The notes under the pieces are model-generated. The model saw only the letters and a list, made by a program, of their open reading frames with translations, had not been told where the DNA came from and ran no database searches. DNA of 61,694 nucleotides, filler included, from Choristocarpus tenellus KU-1152 (taxonomy: Eukaryota; Protista; Phaeophyceae): assembly GCA_964200185.2 (NCBI GenBank). It is 10 parts of 10 records of this genome, joined end to end, with 100 filler letters (N's around TTAATTAATTAA, not from the genome) between each part and the next. Parts side by side here need not be neighbours in the genome. Positions count along the whole stretch, not along the records: positions 33,715 to 41,341 come from CAXNAD020005850.1; positions 41,442 to 50,809 come from CAXNAD020003740.1; positions 50,910 to 53,995 come from CAXNAD020022418.1; 7 more parts are not named here. One strand, given 5' to 3'. Every line of letters begins with the position of its first letter. The stretch's first letter is position 1. Position numbers and translations under genes: made by a program. Shown in pieces: positions 36,857 through 50,965 of the stretch.

Positions 36857-39825
36857 GATCTCTTTAAGGGATGGGGAGGGAGGGGCAGAGTGTGTGGGGT
36901 GGGAGGTGTTTGAATATGTTTGTTGTTTATGTGTGAATGATTGAAATATTGGTGTGTGAGGGGTTGTCAAGATATGTGATGAGTGTGCTTTTATTCAACA
37001 ATGTTATGGATGGCGGAGACTGATACAAGGGTCGCTTGTGTGTTGGGAGCAACTCGGTTGATCTTTAAAGGAACCGGGGGAAATCTCCATTGCATCTTGC
37101 CTCCTGTTCTCCCTCTCTTCTCATGTGTGTTACGTCTGTTTTGTGTCTAGTGGTTTTTGAAGGATACTCTTTTCCTTGTCCAAATTGAGAAGAAGAGTGG
37201 TTGAACAGTAGTGGGGGGGGGGAGGGGGGAGGAGCATGGGAGGGCAAAGAGAAATGAAGANNNNNNNNNNTGTGGAGAGGAGTGGTTGAGGAGTTGTGGG
37301 GGGGGGAGGGGGGAGGAGCATGGGAGGGCAAAGAGAAATGAAGATGTTCATCAGTTCATCGCGACATGCTCTCTATGACTTTTGACCATATTCTTGTTTG
37401 AAAAACAGGGAGACTCTCCTGCTGTCATTCCATGGGCAATGAGGGTATCGTGTTTTCGTAGCCACATTTTGTATTTGTTGCTGGTTGTGGTTGACCCCTC
37501 TCCCCCCCCACACATAAACCATAAAATGTGAAGTAGGATGTATTGTCCTTACTGCAAGCTAAGTCAAGATTGGTGGGGGGGGAGGGGGGGAAGATATGAT
37601 TTGTGAAATGTTGGGATAACAAGTTGCTTAAACTTGTAACAAGATTGGATGAGGTTAGGTGACTTGATGCGATGAGCACATTAAGGGTTGTACATCATCA
37701 ACGGCATCATGTCGTGAGTTGAGCCTCCTCTGTTCTTTGTTTTTGGACTGTGTGCTACTGTATCAGTTGGATTCCCTTACTCATGCTACCTTTAGTCTTA
37801 TCGATGATGAGGGGGTGTAGCAGCCAGCCTTAGTTTCAGACTGGGCCATGGAAATTGAACAAGAATAGGGAGGAGAGGTGTATTGATGTTGCTGTGCTGC
37901 TGCTGAATGTTGCATAGAAGGTGCACCTGGATTGGACGGTAGAGCTCTGGAGGGTGGTATCCATAAGCGAATATTGTTTGGCTGTTTTTTTTCAGAAAAT
38001 ATGCAGGGTCCACTTTCATTTCCCCCAAAACTATAATATTTGGTTACTTCGCTTCTTGCTTTAATTGATAATTACTGTCCCATTCTGAGGCTGCTGGGCA
38101 GGCAGGAAGCAAAAGCGATAAATGCTACAAAGCAGGAGCAGTGGTTTGTCCCTGATGACTTAGGAGTTGCTGGCGGTACTAGGAATGGCACAACCTAGTG
38201 GGTGATAACTAGAAGCAGATCAGGAAACAGGGGAACCCCTGTAACGTCACTGGCAGTGGATAGCTATACCAAGCCAACATGGCTGTTGTTTTTTGAAGTC
38301 TTTAGTGCAGGGAGGCAAAGGAGACGAGATAGACATGTTGTTGCCATTGCCAGCCTGTTTCCTGGTCATGACTATACTTCAGTGTCTTGTTTCTTGCCAC
38401 TTCATGTTTGCTTGGTCGTTTTTCTGTTGGAGGATAGATGAGAGCGGAAGGGTTTGCTTGGCTGTTGGATGCAAGTTACAATGGGAGGGGGGAGGGAGGG
38501 GGGGGGTTGTGTCAAGAAATACATTACTACTACTCTGTCACAATCGAGGAAGCCTTGAAAGGGAGTGAGCAACTGCCTGTGTGCAATTATACACATGATG
38601 GTGGTCCGCAAATAAAATAATGAACGACGGAAAAATGGAAAAAGGAATTAGAGTTGGGTTTTTCTGATAATATCTGCAGCAGCATATATTATTCATAGTA
38701 CAGTAGTCGTAGTATGCCACCAAAATTCCTTGCTTACAGCTAGCTAAAACTCAACAAAGCGGTAACAATAATATAATAATGACAGGATGTCTTGTCTTTT
38801 TGGCATGGCAACAGACATTCCTATTATTTTTCTAGTACACAACCTTCCTACTACAATAATACTACAAGTCTAGAAATAGTGGCGGCATTACAAGCCCCAC
38901 TACCAGAAGGCAGATAATAGTTTGTCTGCACAGTCATGCGCACACAATCATCCAGCATACACGAGGTTGCAAGTACCTACTTGCCTGTGCCTTGTTTCTT
39001 TTTCTTCAGTGTGTGTTTACATGAGCTTACTATGCGCATGCGCTTTGTTGTGGATGGGTGGGTGGGTTGTATAAATCGTCTTTTCAATCCATGTCGTATC
39101 ACCAACATTATTACTAAGGAATGGAGTGAAGCTTTTAACTCTCGCAGTCACCACATTTTGGAGTGGGATGGCATGCCATTTCTTGCGTTTTTTGTGTCAG
39201 CTTTCTCAAAGCGCCACTGTAGGAACACCAAATGAGATAGTTTTGGGGTGGGTGGATAGATGGGTAAATAGTAAATTAGTATGTAGTTAGGTGTAGTTGG
39301 CCAATGTCGCTCCCTACTAAACTACACAACAGCAACCTGCACAATCTCACTTTTTTCGGCCATACCCAAACAAACGCATATTTCAGATCATCTATATACA
39401 GTAGATTCGTGTCACAAAATCAGATACTTGACATAGTAAGCCCAGAGATCAATGCAATGTCAGTCATACATGGATAGCAAACAGGTAGGTATGTTATTGG
39501 CACCGTGCCCCATGCATCTGTGTAGCTTAGGTAATTAAGTTATGTCATGCCCATACCCTGCATGAATTTCGTGGATTCGTTTTTTTTCCGCTCCCTCTTC
39601 CCATTAGGATCTGACAATGCGTGTTGACGCTACTGACGTATTATCTGAAATGTTGGATCCAAAGGGGCAGGGGATGCTGGCCTCACGCCTGGGTGATTAT
39701 GCGTTCTCTTCATTGCCCTTGTAGACATACCCTATTATACACAGTGGTACGGTGCTCAAACTCCATCCTTTTTTTTGTTTTCTTCACTGGAGTTTTTTCT
39801 TTTTGTTCTGTTATTGAGTCAAACC

Positions 39826-40345
39826 AAGTTGAGACGTAGGCAAGGTTGCATTTTTAGGATCCCGAGAAAGGGTAAAAAGTTGACATCTTGCACAATTGGA
39901 GAGAGAGCTTTTCCTAAATTGTGGTACTGCTTTGTGTGTGGTAAAGGGAATTATCAATTTTTGCATGTACTATTGTGTATGATTCAATGAAATAGAGTAT
40001 ATTGCACAGACAGGGTAAGGAAGCGGGTTAGAATGCCAACAAAGGGTCCAAACCTGCCTACCTCTCAATCATACATACATATATACACACGCACACAAAT
40101 GTTCGTCACAACTTACAAATCCGCCCCTACCTACCTGTCGTCAAGGCCACCACGACTAATTGTATCACTGCCTCCCTTGATGCATTGTTTCTCATGCGAT
40201 GTATTCATTCAACCAATGATGGTAATGGTTAATCCACCTCCTCCCTCAAATCTCCTTGTATTTACAAAAAAAAACATATGGGCACTTTCCACACACCATT
40301 TTGGGTCAAACTCATCCTCCATAGTATGCTCCATCCTCAATTTTG
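39826..40345. repeat. Dispersed repeat sharing blocks with family C copies
   Basis: GTAGGCAAGGTTGCATTTTTAGGATCCCGAGAA and AAAGGGTCCAAACCTGCCTACCTCTCA match the reverse complement of 56810-56842 and 56617-56644; 40298-40344 matches 23331-23376. Confidence 0.7.
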
Positions 40346-43300
40346 GTGAGAGGCTGTTTTGTGCTGGACCCACTTCCTTGGTGTTGCTCAGAAATGAAGA
40401 CAATTTCTCGGTTCAATATATTTTTTGTGGTATACCAGCAGACTGGAAGAAAAAAACTGTACTGAATCGTTCCATCACCTACCGCCACAAACTTCCAAAA
40501 TGTCGATTCCCACTCACAAATCTCTGATTCAAAAGGAAAAACATTTTTAACAACTTTACCACTAATACTTCACACAAGTGTAAGAACCTGTGACTGGGTG
40601 TCCAAAGAACAAAGTAGAGCAGCCAAAAAAACATCAGGAATGCGACCCTTTCGATTTCCCAACGATGTGATTCAAATCATTGACATCAAACGACCTCCCA
40701 TACATTGTTTTTCTATCCATTCAACCAAACGATTACACTTACATACAAAACATTTCACACTAACAGTAGGCATTTTTGCTCACCTGTTAGGTGTCATCTA
40801 ACTCGGTCTGGTACACTACTAGAGTACCTAAGGATTGATTGGAGAAGCAGTAACTAATGCTCTACATATGTAGTGATATTTTCTATCACTATCGCTCATC
40901 AAAGTTGTGGAGTAGCAAGGAGTTCTGTGTCTTCTATGTTTTCCTTTATTGGCCCCATCCCAAACACTGCACCCTGTGTTTACATCCTCGTTGTTGTGCT
41001 AAATGTTACTTAGTTTCGTAAAGGTGAAGAGGGGGCACGATAAAATGGCTTCATCGTGTCGAGATAGAGATGGGTGGTGACATGATGACATCTTATAATA
41101 TTCTTATTATGCCCTCTGACATTTTGGAGATGTGTTAGGGGGGAAAGAAATGAAAATTATAGATATGTCAGTATAAGCCCTAAAGAAATAAAATATTATA
41201 AATGTGAAAAACACTATTTGTTACTACACCACTACAATATTGTATTACTCCTTCCTGTGCTTCCAATCTACCTACTCCTGCACCCCTGGGGGAGGAGCTA
41301 GGGAGGCATCCCAACAATCCAATAACCCCCTCCGTGCCCATNNNNNNNNNNNNNNNNNNNNNNNNNNNNNNNNNNNNNNNNNNNNTTAATTAATTAANNN
41401 NNNNNNNNNNNNNNNNNNNNNNNNNNNNNNNNNNNNNNNNNCTCACTCCGCTAATAAACATATCCATACCACACAAAGCAAAATACTCTACTTGAGTAGC
41501 TCTCTTTTGCATAGCAACCACCACTTACAGAGTTATGACATTTTATTTATATGGAGGAGAATTCATCAAGTCTAATGAACACACCCTTGTTGCCTCCATG
41601 ACTGCCAGGTATTAACTCATGGTGAGAAAAAAAAGCGTGAAGAGCTCAAAAGACAAAAATCTAACACAACTCAAAGCATACCAAAATCGAATTGATTGGT
41701 TCTACTATTTACTATTGTAATGCCACACATTGGGCATGTGAACAACTGGCAGCATGCCTACTATAAAGGCTCATTTGCTGACCCTCTGCTGTAAGAAGGT
41801 TGGCGTGTGTTGCTATATAGAGACGGAAATAGTAGTGGTATTAAGGGGTACTTACTAAGCATCATGTGTTGCACCTAGAGGTATCGGATATCAACAAATT
41901 AACGTGATACTGATCCAATTCATACACACAGCCTTCTGGGTGATCTTCATGATTTCATCATTTTGCGCCAACAATGCTTGATACCGAATAATCTTGACAG
42001 AAGTAATGGCACCATAAGTGTACGCGGCTATACCTGCTTTAGGAACAATATTTCCTCCTCACGGAACTCACACAATAATACCACATCTCAACTTCAGCAG
42101 CAGTTGACAATAGTGTAGCATTGTTTTCTCCTTTTCTTACCGCCAATTTCAACAAGTATACATATACTTACGTACTCCTCGGCCATTACCTCCAGAAATG
42201 AGGCTAAGTCGACGAGAGTTACCCAGGTTTTGGACGTTTATACATTTGAAGCCACTTTTTTCATACAACACTTGTACTTACAGTATTTCAATCATATCAT
42301 GACAGGAAAAAAACTTCCCACAGATAATGAAAATACCTTACAGCAGTGAGTTATACCAATGTCGAACCTGGAGCTTACGAAAGAAACTGTGTATTTTTGA
42401 AATAATGATGGATGTTGCAATAAACTTGCTCAGTTCACTTATTACACATGGTTTTCTTATCAATCAAAATATACATGAAGTACTCTGAAATTGCTTTTAA
42501 AAAACATAGATACGGCAGAGCTTGTGCCAGGGTCTTTAAGTAAAGGGTTGTATCACTCCAAGACATGTAGCTCCATTCCAGACTTAGTTAGCTGCCCTTA
42601 CGCTGATATCCCACCCTATCTGTTTCAAGCTACTGTTAGTCGCAAAATTGTCTATTCGCTCCATTTGGGACTTGCTCCCTGGTCAAACTGTGCTACTTCA
42701 AAATTTCAAACACAGATAAGCAAGCATGAGTGTTCATGTTGTTCCCACTGCCAGTCCCTAGAGAGAAAAAAAAACTTTGCTAACAAAATACATGTATGTT
42801 TTAATACTGTACTGTTGTTGCTACTCCCACATTTCACCCTTTGAGGGATTGATTACAACCTGATGACAGGCGACCTCTATATTATGATGATCTCAACTTC
42901 CCTCCTTCCTTACTCAGTTGTGTCAAGAGCGGTCTACAAACCAGGCGACACAGGACTCAGCTGTGTTTCCAAGTTCCTTTGGTTCTGTAGATCTAACAAC
43001 ATGTACACACTCCATACCAGTAGAATGGAAGCAAATACTCTTAATATAATGATGGTAACAGCAACTACAACTACTCAACAAGAACAAGAAATGACATCTG
43101 ATACTCATGGAACAAGCTCTCCACTCCTGGGATCCCAGGACCTAGACAGAATGTGAATGCAACCATTAATACCACGAGTACTTCCTACAAAAGTGTTCAT
43201 TAACAGAATACAAAGAAAACAATATGGTCGCTCGAGTTACAAGGGTGTCTGTCGCCCTTTGACTCCTGTACCCTGACAACTCTTCACAGTTGGCATAAGC

Positions 43301-45123
43301 ACATTACCACCAACACGCTACAACTATCCCATGACATTCTACACAGAAGCATATTGTCCTTACCACCCCTTGGGACACTGTGGTGGAGAGCACAGAGCAT
43401 GTAGAAAGCGATATCCTCTTCACACCATTTCAAAAGATAAGGCCAACTCACTCAACACTACATTGTCTTCTCTAATCAGTGTGTATGTAACAAGTATTGG
43501 GAGGGGCAATCAGTAAGGGAGAAACATGAAACAATTTTCTAATGTGAAATCAATCATAAGGAGACATGTATGCCAATGACACCCAACATACTTCATTTCC
43601 CATCAGATTTCATGTTTCTATCATCATCCCCTCTCCTCCTCACCTCAGAATTGAACAACACACTCATTCTTGGGATGTTACGATTCACAAACACCGGGGG
43701 GGGGGGGGAAGCTCAGGGAAGCACCATACGAAAGGAAATACTTCGACCAATGAGATGGTCCTCTATATTGCACTTGGCCAATAGGATGCATTCACCCAAC
43801 CACAACCTTCCTTAACCCTAACCCTCAATCTACTTATTATTACTATTACTGACCTGGGCATCACTGAGGGAGGAGTGGGGAGGTGTCCTCCACTTTCGTT
43901 CATGACTATCATGAAAAAATGTCTTAAGGACTTTTTACCGAAAACTGGGCTCCAACTGTGAGAGCAATTGTGTTTACACAAGCATGCGTGCATGTGCGTA
44001 TGTGTAGGCATCTGCCTTCCATGGCTCGATTCCCTAAAAAAGAACCGACATGGGAATTATAGATTTCAGCACCTCATGATTGTGTTACCAGCAGGCAGTC
44101 TCTCTCTCTCTCTCTCTCTCTCTCATCTCGAGAAATCTCAAACTGCTTAACCTTCAAGCTGAGGACCAAAACAAAGGGACAATGAATGAAACCCGGTCAG
44201 ACAAATAAGGAAAGAGATAAGGAAACAAAACAAAAAAATTATAGAGCCACCAGGATGGGAGATCTCGCCTAAGTAGAGTGCTAACATTAACCCTAATCCT
44301 AATATCTACTTTGGTGTAACAAAGCGTTTGCCTAAATGCCCTCAGGTGGAATGTAGTCCCCTTGATCAACAGGATCCATACAGTAATCTAAAAAAAAAAC
44401 ATTTCCCAGAGTGTTGCTCAAGAAAAAAGCCAATATCTTTAACAAACCTCCTTGTTGATACGTAACAGATCGTCCCCATATTTGCCTAGACTTGATTCAA
44501 GTGGACTACTTTTATGCAGAGCTATCAAACCCCACAGTCATGAAGGTAGCAGGGGAGAACTTGGAGGGAAAAGAAATGTGTCCCATTGGCTCAATTGAAG
44601 CAATTCTATTGGTGTAAAATGCGGTCTTCATATCACCTTCCCTAGCCCATTAATCGATCAGTATTACTGCCACTGGTAACACTCACTCAGCACACTCTTC
44701 TTCTTCTCTTCTCTTCTCTTTTTTTTTTAAGAGCGATACCTACTGAGAGAAAAAATCATACCCAGCAATTGAGTCCATTAGATTGTTTTGGAGGATGTAA
44801 GAGGTATGATAGATGCCCAACTACCTTACCCATATTAACTCCAAAAACTCCAGGACTACACATCAACACACATTTAACGCACAGGAGGGTATGTATACCC
44901 TAAATGAACATGTCAATGGCAGCCTAGACATGGAAGTAAACACACACACACAAACACACACTAAAGGGTATGTAAACCGTAACTGATCGTGTCAACAGCA
45001 ACATGAACATCTATGAACATCGAGGTCAGAAGAGGAAGAAAAAAAAAATGCAAGAGTTTATGCATATACCCTAAATGAACACATCCAACAGCAGCCTGAA
45101 TATGGAGGATGAAAAGGAAGAAG

Positions 45124-45158
<35 letters not shown>

Positions 45159-45528
45159 TACACACATAATACAAAGGTCATTTAAACACATATCTGGCAC
45201 AAGACAAGGGAGAGTTGTGTTCCTGAGGAGTCGATCCCAACGGTACGTAGCAGATCTGATCGTACAGACAACAGTGCCCACACAACAATCGAGTCTAACC
45301 TCAAGCCTGCTACCGCAGCCCACTCTAAACTCTCAAGTCCTCTTGGGGGAGGGACCCACCATCACAAAGGGATAAAAAAAAGAAGTTATCGAGTAGTAGA
45401 GGTTAAACACAACAGGGTCAATCTCTGACTCTCTCCACCACAATATTCCTTCCCACACCAAAAACATAGAGATATGGAGATACATAGATAGATGCACATA
45501 CATATAAATCAATCGAGCCCCCCTCTCA

Positions 45529-48500
45529 TCACACAACATTACTCATCACATCAACGCCCCCTCCAATCACACCGAGGCGCCGACCAACCTCTCTAAGCTT
45601 CGTCTCAAGAGCCGCCCTCCTCTCCAGCTTCTCAAGCTGCTCTTCCGACGGCTGTACTTCACCCGAGTCCACTTTGACCTGCAACTCCTGCACTTGTCGA
45701 ATTTTCTTCTTCAAGGCCTTCACCTGCGCGTTATATCTAGGGTTAGGGATGTAACCTATATAGTAGTGGCAGTGGTAGTGGTAGTAGGAGTAGCAGTAGT
45801 AGTAGTAGTAGCAATAGTAATAGTAGTAGAAATAGTAGTAGTGGTAGTGGTAGTGGTAGTAGTGATGGTAGTGGTAGTGGCAGTAGTGGTAGTAGTAGTA
45901 GTAATAGTAGTAGTAGGAAATGTCTCTGGATTCATTGGGAAAAACCCACTAAAAAATATAAAAATATGAATTTTGGTGGAAACAATATATATGCATATAA
46001 CAAAACAAATGACGTTGCCACTTTGATCTCATATATATATATATTATATATATATATGCACACGGAGCATATTAAATGTACTACTCTACTCGACACCAAC
46101 ACGCAAGTAAACTCATTTATATATCCCACTATTACTGTAATATGTTGTTTATTGCCCCAGAACCTGGTCAGTAAATCCAGAAGGGGTACTGTAGAGTCAG
46201 CAACACAGTTCAGTACAGTTTGACTGCGAAAGAAACTGATAACACTACAAAGAATTGAACACATAACATCAGTCATATACACACACACACACACACATAT
46301 AGGCGGTATACCTCACAATGCCATAACATTCAACCAATCTTCCAACACCTTGTTGGCAGGAATCTTCGATTCGTCCTCAAAATCGGATCAGATGCCAACT
46401 TCTGTCTCTAGTTGCTACTTCCATCCTCTGGAAAATATTATAAATATATTATTGTTATTGTTATGCAGCATGAAACGCAACCAAATCACTTGTGTATGGA
46501 GACACACTCTGTCATCCACGTGCCAGAGGTTGATTGACAGCCCCCTGTGTGTTGCCAGCCTCTCCATGATATATTCAGCGGATCTTTCACACACCTCCAG
46601 TAGATTGTCAAGAAGCACAGATACTGTTCGCTCTCTTCCTTTTCCTGGGTTCAAGTAGGCGCTGCTCTTCTAACAGACCTACTTCAAAGACTACTTGGTA
46701 TATACCGTAATTGAGAGGTCTTTGAACAAGTCAGTGAGGTGTTGAAAAAAAAAAACAATAAACAAGAAAAAAAAAAAAATGTCCGGACCAAGCTCCCGAC
46801 AACTAGTCCCAACAACCTGAAATTTTGGGATTTCAAGAGGTGAAGTGGCAAATAACTCAGGACCAATCAAGTTTCACGGGATAAAATTGAGAACGAAAAA
46901 AAATGAGAAGCCTGGGCCTCTCTAAACCAGCAGCCGTACATTTTGTTCTTATCCATACCATCTCGCAATAGATATCTGGGAGCCTTCCACACAACGTAGA
47001 TATTTACTTTTATGACAGAAGATTCAAATTTCAAATCCTTCCATCGTAACTGCCGTGCCCGCACAAGATCCAGGCCCCGAGTCGCGTGAAGGTACACAAG
47101 GAAAGACCCAAAATCCCACCAAAAAAAATGAAAAAAAAATTGGAACGCCGGAAAACAAAAAGAGTAGAAAATGGTGCTCCAATATCAGCACTACCTTTGT
47201 GCAATCCAATGAGAATACCATGCATACAAAAAACACTAATATTTAACGGCATTCTTACTTAATAATATGGGAGGGAGATAACAGCCCTATCACTTCGGTT
47301 GAATTTTTTATTATCTACAGAAAAGTTGTCCCATCATTGAAAAAAAACAACAACGGTGGTGCGCTACTCTACTCAGAACAGTAGTGTACGAAGATTTTTT
47401 TTTAATCCAATAGTATCCCTTGAAAAGGCAAGTTCAGTAACAAATAGCAGAGATAAATCAAATCATTAAAAAAAAAAGCTGGACTCCTCCAGTTTCTCCT
47501 GTCCCTGTTCTAATCAAATCTGATCATTTGAAATCCTTCTACACAATATATTATTTTTCGACAAGGGGTCAAGAACTACACTGACTATTTCAAGTATATG
47601 GGATGCAGCACCACAAAACAATACGTGCTCTGATTAGCAGTTACACAACAATCCAAGAACACTTCGAGATATTTAACTCTTTTACCAAGCAATCTCTCTC
47701 TTTGTCATGGTTTTCAGGAACTTTGGTTCGACAAGAGCATGCCTACCATGATAGGTTTCTTGGCCAAGCAGATCACAGGCTATCCCATTTATGCGGGTAA
47801 GAAGGAAGATTTAGTCTCCTGGATTCAAGGTTGAATCAGTTCGTGCAACTATAACCAAGCTAGCACATGACAGTGAAAATAACAAGTGGGCGTGTTCACT
47901 CAACTGTACAATTCAAACCTCTAAAAGTTGGTAGTCACTTGTTACAAGATGTGCTCTCTGTGGAAAGAGAAAGAGTAAAACATTGACCCCCCACATATGG
48001 ATGCAAGGCAGAGCACATCATACACAATTACACATGCATACAGAATGAGAGGACAGGCAAATACGTTCCCTTATCCGCACACACCTCAGGCACATGCTTC
48101 CTCTGAGACTGCAAGCCCCACTGAGAGACACTAAATTGCGAACAGGCATCTTAATTGCTCAATAACTATTGGAATAATCCCTGCCCTATCTAGCCTTGGC
48201 ATTACAAACTAGTTCATCCAACCTGGCGAATCAGCCCTATGACTGAGAGAGGAATTTGGAGAGGTGCGCATGGCCGAATAACCTATTGCGATTTTTTCAG
48301 TCACAATGAGGCTATCTCAATAACTCAAATGAAGAATGGAAAGTGTTATATGCAAGCGACTTTACTTACCTTTTTTGCCTGTTCTGCAGCTTCCGCCTCT
48401 GGTCCCTGTAACTCTGAGCCCACCTTTCCAGTCCCTCCAGTCTCCTCGACGGTGTCTGCTATCTTTAGGCCCTCAAGATTCAACAAGTCATCGTCAGCTT

Positions 48501-49043
48501 TGGCCTCATCCGCTGTCGCAGCATGTTTTGCCTTGCGTGCTGCTGCACGGGCAGCGTTCTTCCGTGCGTTCTTAGACATTGTCAAGGGCTTGGCTGGTTC
48601 AGGCGCCATGCCTGGCGGAAGTCGATCGGCCAAGAACTTCTGCGCCTGGAGAGTTAGATAGAGTGGTGATATTGGGGAAAGCAAGACGTGTAAACACTCA
48701 GATCAAGATCTACATATTGGGCTCAGGGCTGAATCGAAACAACTTAGGGATACGGTCTCTTACCGCAAGATTGAGGATGACGCCTACAACTGAGTGAGGA
48801 CCACATCTAGATGTGCACTGAATCGTGCGCGAGAGATATGAGGATTTCGTAAGAAGAAACACCTGATACTTATTACTGCAGTACCTGCGATCCTCGAGAT
48901 TCAAATCGTGCGACCTCGTCCTGTGGAATATAGCCCGACTTAATCTTGCGCTCCTTGCGCCAGGTCCCATCCGGTCGACGAGTCGCTGGGATTACGACAT
49001 CTCCATTTTCCTTCACAACTGCCCCGTCGGGTATGCCCGACAT
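45529..49043 (-). CDS. PYM1: Partner of Y14 and Mago (PYM1/WIBG), exon-junction-complex disassembly factor; exons 49043-48885, 48645-48370, 45723-45529
   Basis: N-terminal Mago-binding motif [28 protein letters not shown]; middle LPPG..SKNARKN; C-terminal KK|[22 protein letters not shown]; GT-AG phase-0 junctions. The extreme C-terminus may splice differently. Confidence 0.93.
45761..45916. repeat. Cryptic (GTA/GTG/GCA)n trinucleotide repeat in PYM intron 2
   Basis: About 50 GTA-dominated triplets. Confidence 0.9.
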
Positions 49044-50965
49044 GACCTGACCAAGTGACACAGGATACGGACTAACTCCTTGCTCTCTCTGTCTTCAATA
49101 TTGTATTTATGGGTATAAGACGTCGGGGTTGTAAATACGTGGAAGGCGCTATACTTGTTAGGGAGAATTATATTGTGGTTTCTGAAATGACAGATAGATG
49201 GAATGGGTTGGATTGAACAGGAGTACCTTCTCGACATTCGATATGTCCTTGGTCACTTCCGTTCTATGATACTACTACTACTATATAATATTTCAATGCG
49301 CAAAGAACTTAATACATTGAGATCACTAAGCATCTAAATGGGGAGGGATATCATCCGACCAAGTGGGGGCTGCCTGAGGGATGTGAGAGTTGTGGTGGAA
49401 CACTGTCATCTCTGTGCACTACTACTCTTGTAGGGAGAGTACCTCCTTAATTAAACGATTCTTCTGGGTACCATTATCTGGGAAATTGAAGAGACTGCGA
49501 GGCTCGCCATCGTGCTACATGGGGTATGAAAACGCCCACACCTGGTTTACCCAGGCAGCTGCTTTGACAATTACGCTGGGGAGTTCCCATAGACGCGCTC
49601 GCAGTCTTTTACAGATGAAAAGGAAGCTTTACACATTTTGCATGGGCTGCATCTTTTCCACAACTCAGGTGGTGCAACGCTCGCAATGTTGGTAGTGTTT
49701 CCCTAAAACGTGCGCCTCTATGTTTGAGCTATAAAGAATTGAGGTTACACATTGTTGTGATAGTTTGGCTTTCTCTATAGAGCCTGCTATCCATACAATA
49801 TTGGATATCATCAACTCCATAGCGTTCCCTGTCTAGCACAAGGTTTGCACATTATTACTTACGTCCGATGTCGAGGCAATGTTCGGTGGCCTTTCAACGT
49901 GGACTGGGTTTTTGTTATATTGACTCACTTTTTTCTGAAACTAGGAACCACTATTTTGGCCCTGCCTCAGCCCTACCTATGCTAAGAAGCACTGCACATA
50001 CCCTACTACCTCGAGTCCACAACCCGCAATTACAATACTCTAGTAAGACTAATTACAAACTATGTGTTGTTGCCCTACATAATACGACAAATTGCACTAC
50101 CCCATAAATGTTTTGCATTTTTCTCACACATTGGGTTGAGTGATCATACGAGAGCTCATCCCTCTGCCTCCTCCCTTGGATCTTTATGTAGTGCTTGCCT
50201 GTTCGCAATACAGCCTTCCCACCACAATTCAGGTTTTCAGTATTCTTTTTTGTAGTTTCGTCATAGAGAGGAGGGTAGACGTGCAACATTCTTCCCATAT
50301 GTTGTAGTAGTCCAAAACCAGACTTTCTTGAAAAAAGTCTGACTTCGGCAGTTTGGAGCCATACATCCCAACAAAGGAAGATGAAATATTTCCACTACTG
50401 AGGAACAAGGACACTCGGAGGGTAGGTGGGTAGTGTGGTTGCAGCGTCCCAAATTGCTTGACAACAAGCTACACAATATCTTCGGAATCCACTGATGGAA
50501 CTATCCCAATGGAAATGCTCCATATTATAATATGTATTTCCCATCTATTAAAAAAACTTTAGAGATGGAAAGAAAAGGGGGCAGTATCACAAAATTATCT
50601 AGAAGGGAAGAGAGTGGTATGGCAATAGTAACAGATATCCACTGGTTGGCATCTTCTTCTAGTGAAAGATATAAATATTGAATGATCTTTCCTAGCTAAG
50701 CTGACCAGACCTTTTTTTTTCATTCGAAGGGTAAAGGGGTCACCTCACACAGAGAATATCTGGACACCTCCCCCCCCCCAACCCCCTTCCCCATCCGCAC
50801 CCGTATTGTNNNNNNNNNNNNNNNNNNNNNNNNNNNNNNNNNNNNNNNNNNNNTTAATTAATTAANNNNNNNNNNNNNNNNNNNNNNNNNNNNNNNNNNN
50901 NNNNNNNNNCCCCCTTTCCCACCCCCTTCCTCCTCTACACGGGCTGAAAAAGCAGTGGAACATAT

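Noticed and set aside
37196-37343. Duplicated block of about 65 bp on either side of a 10-N gap
   Set aside because: Could be a short tandem repeat, but its position around a scaffold gap makes an unmerged-overlap artefact likely.
41925-42240. Candidate minus-strand exons (WVTLVDLASFLEVMAEEY|GTAAGT; IIRYQALLAQNDEIMKITQK)
   Set aside because: Plausible, but no recognisable homology and no consistent longer exon chain could be built.
45694-45969. Poly-valine ORF
   Set aside because: Translation of a (GTA)n repeat antisense to a PYM intron.
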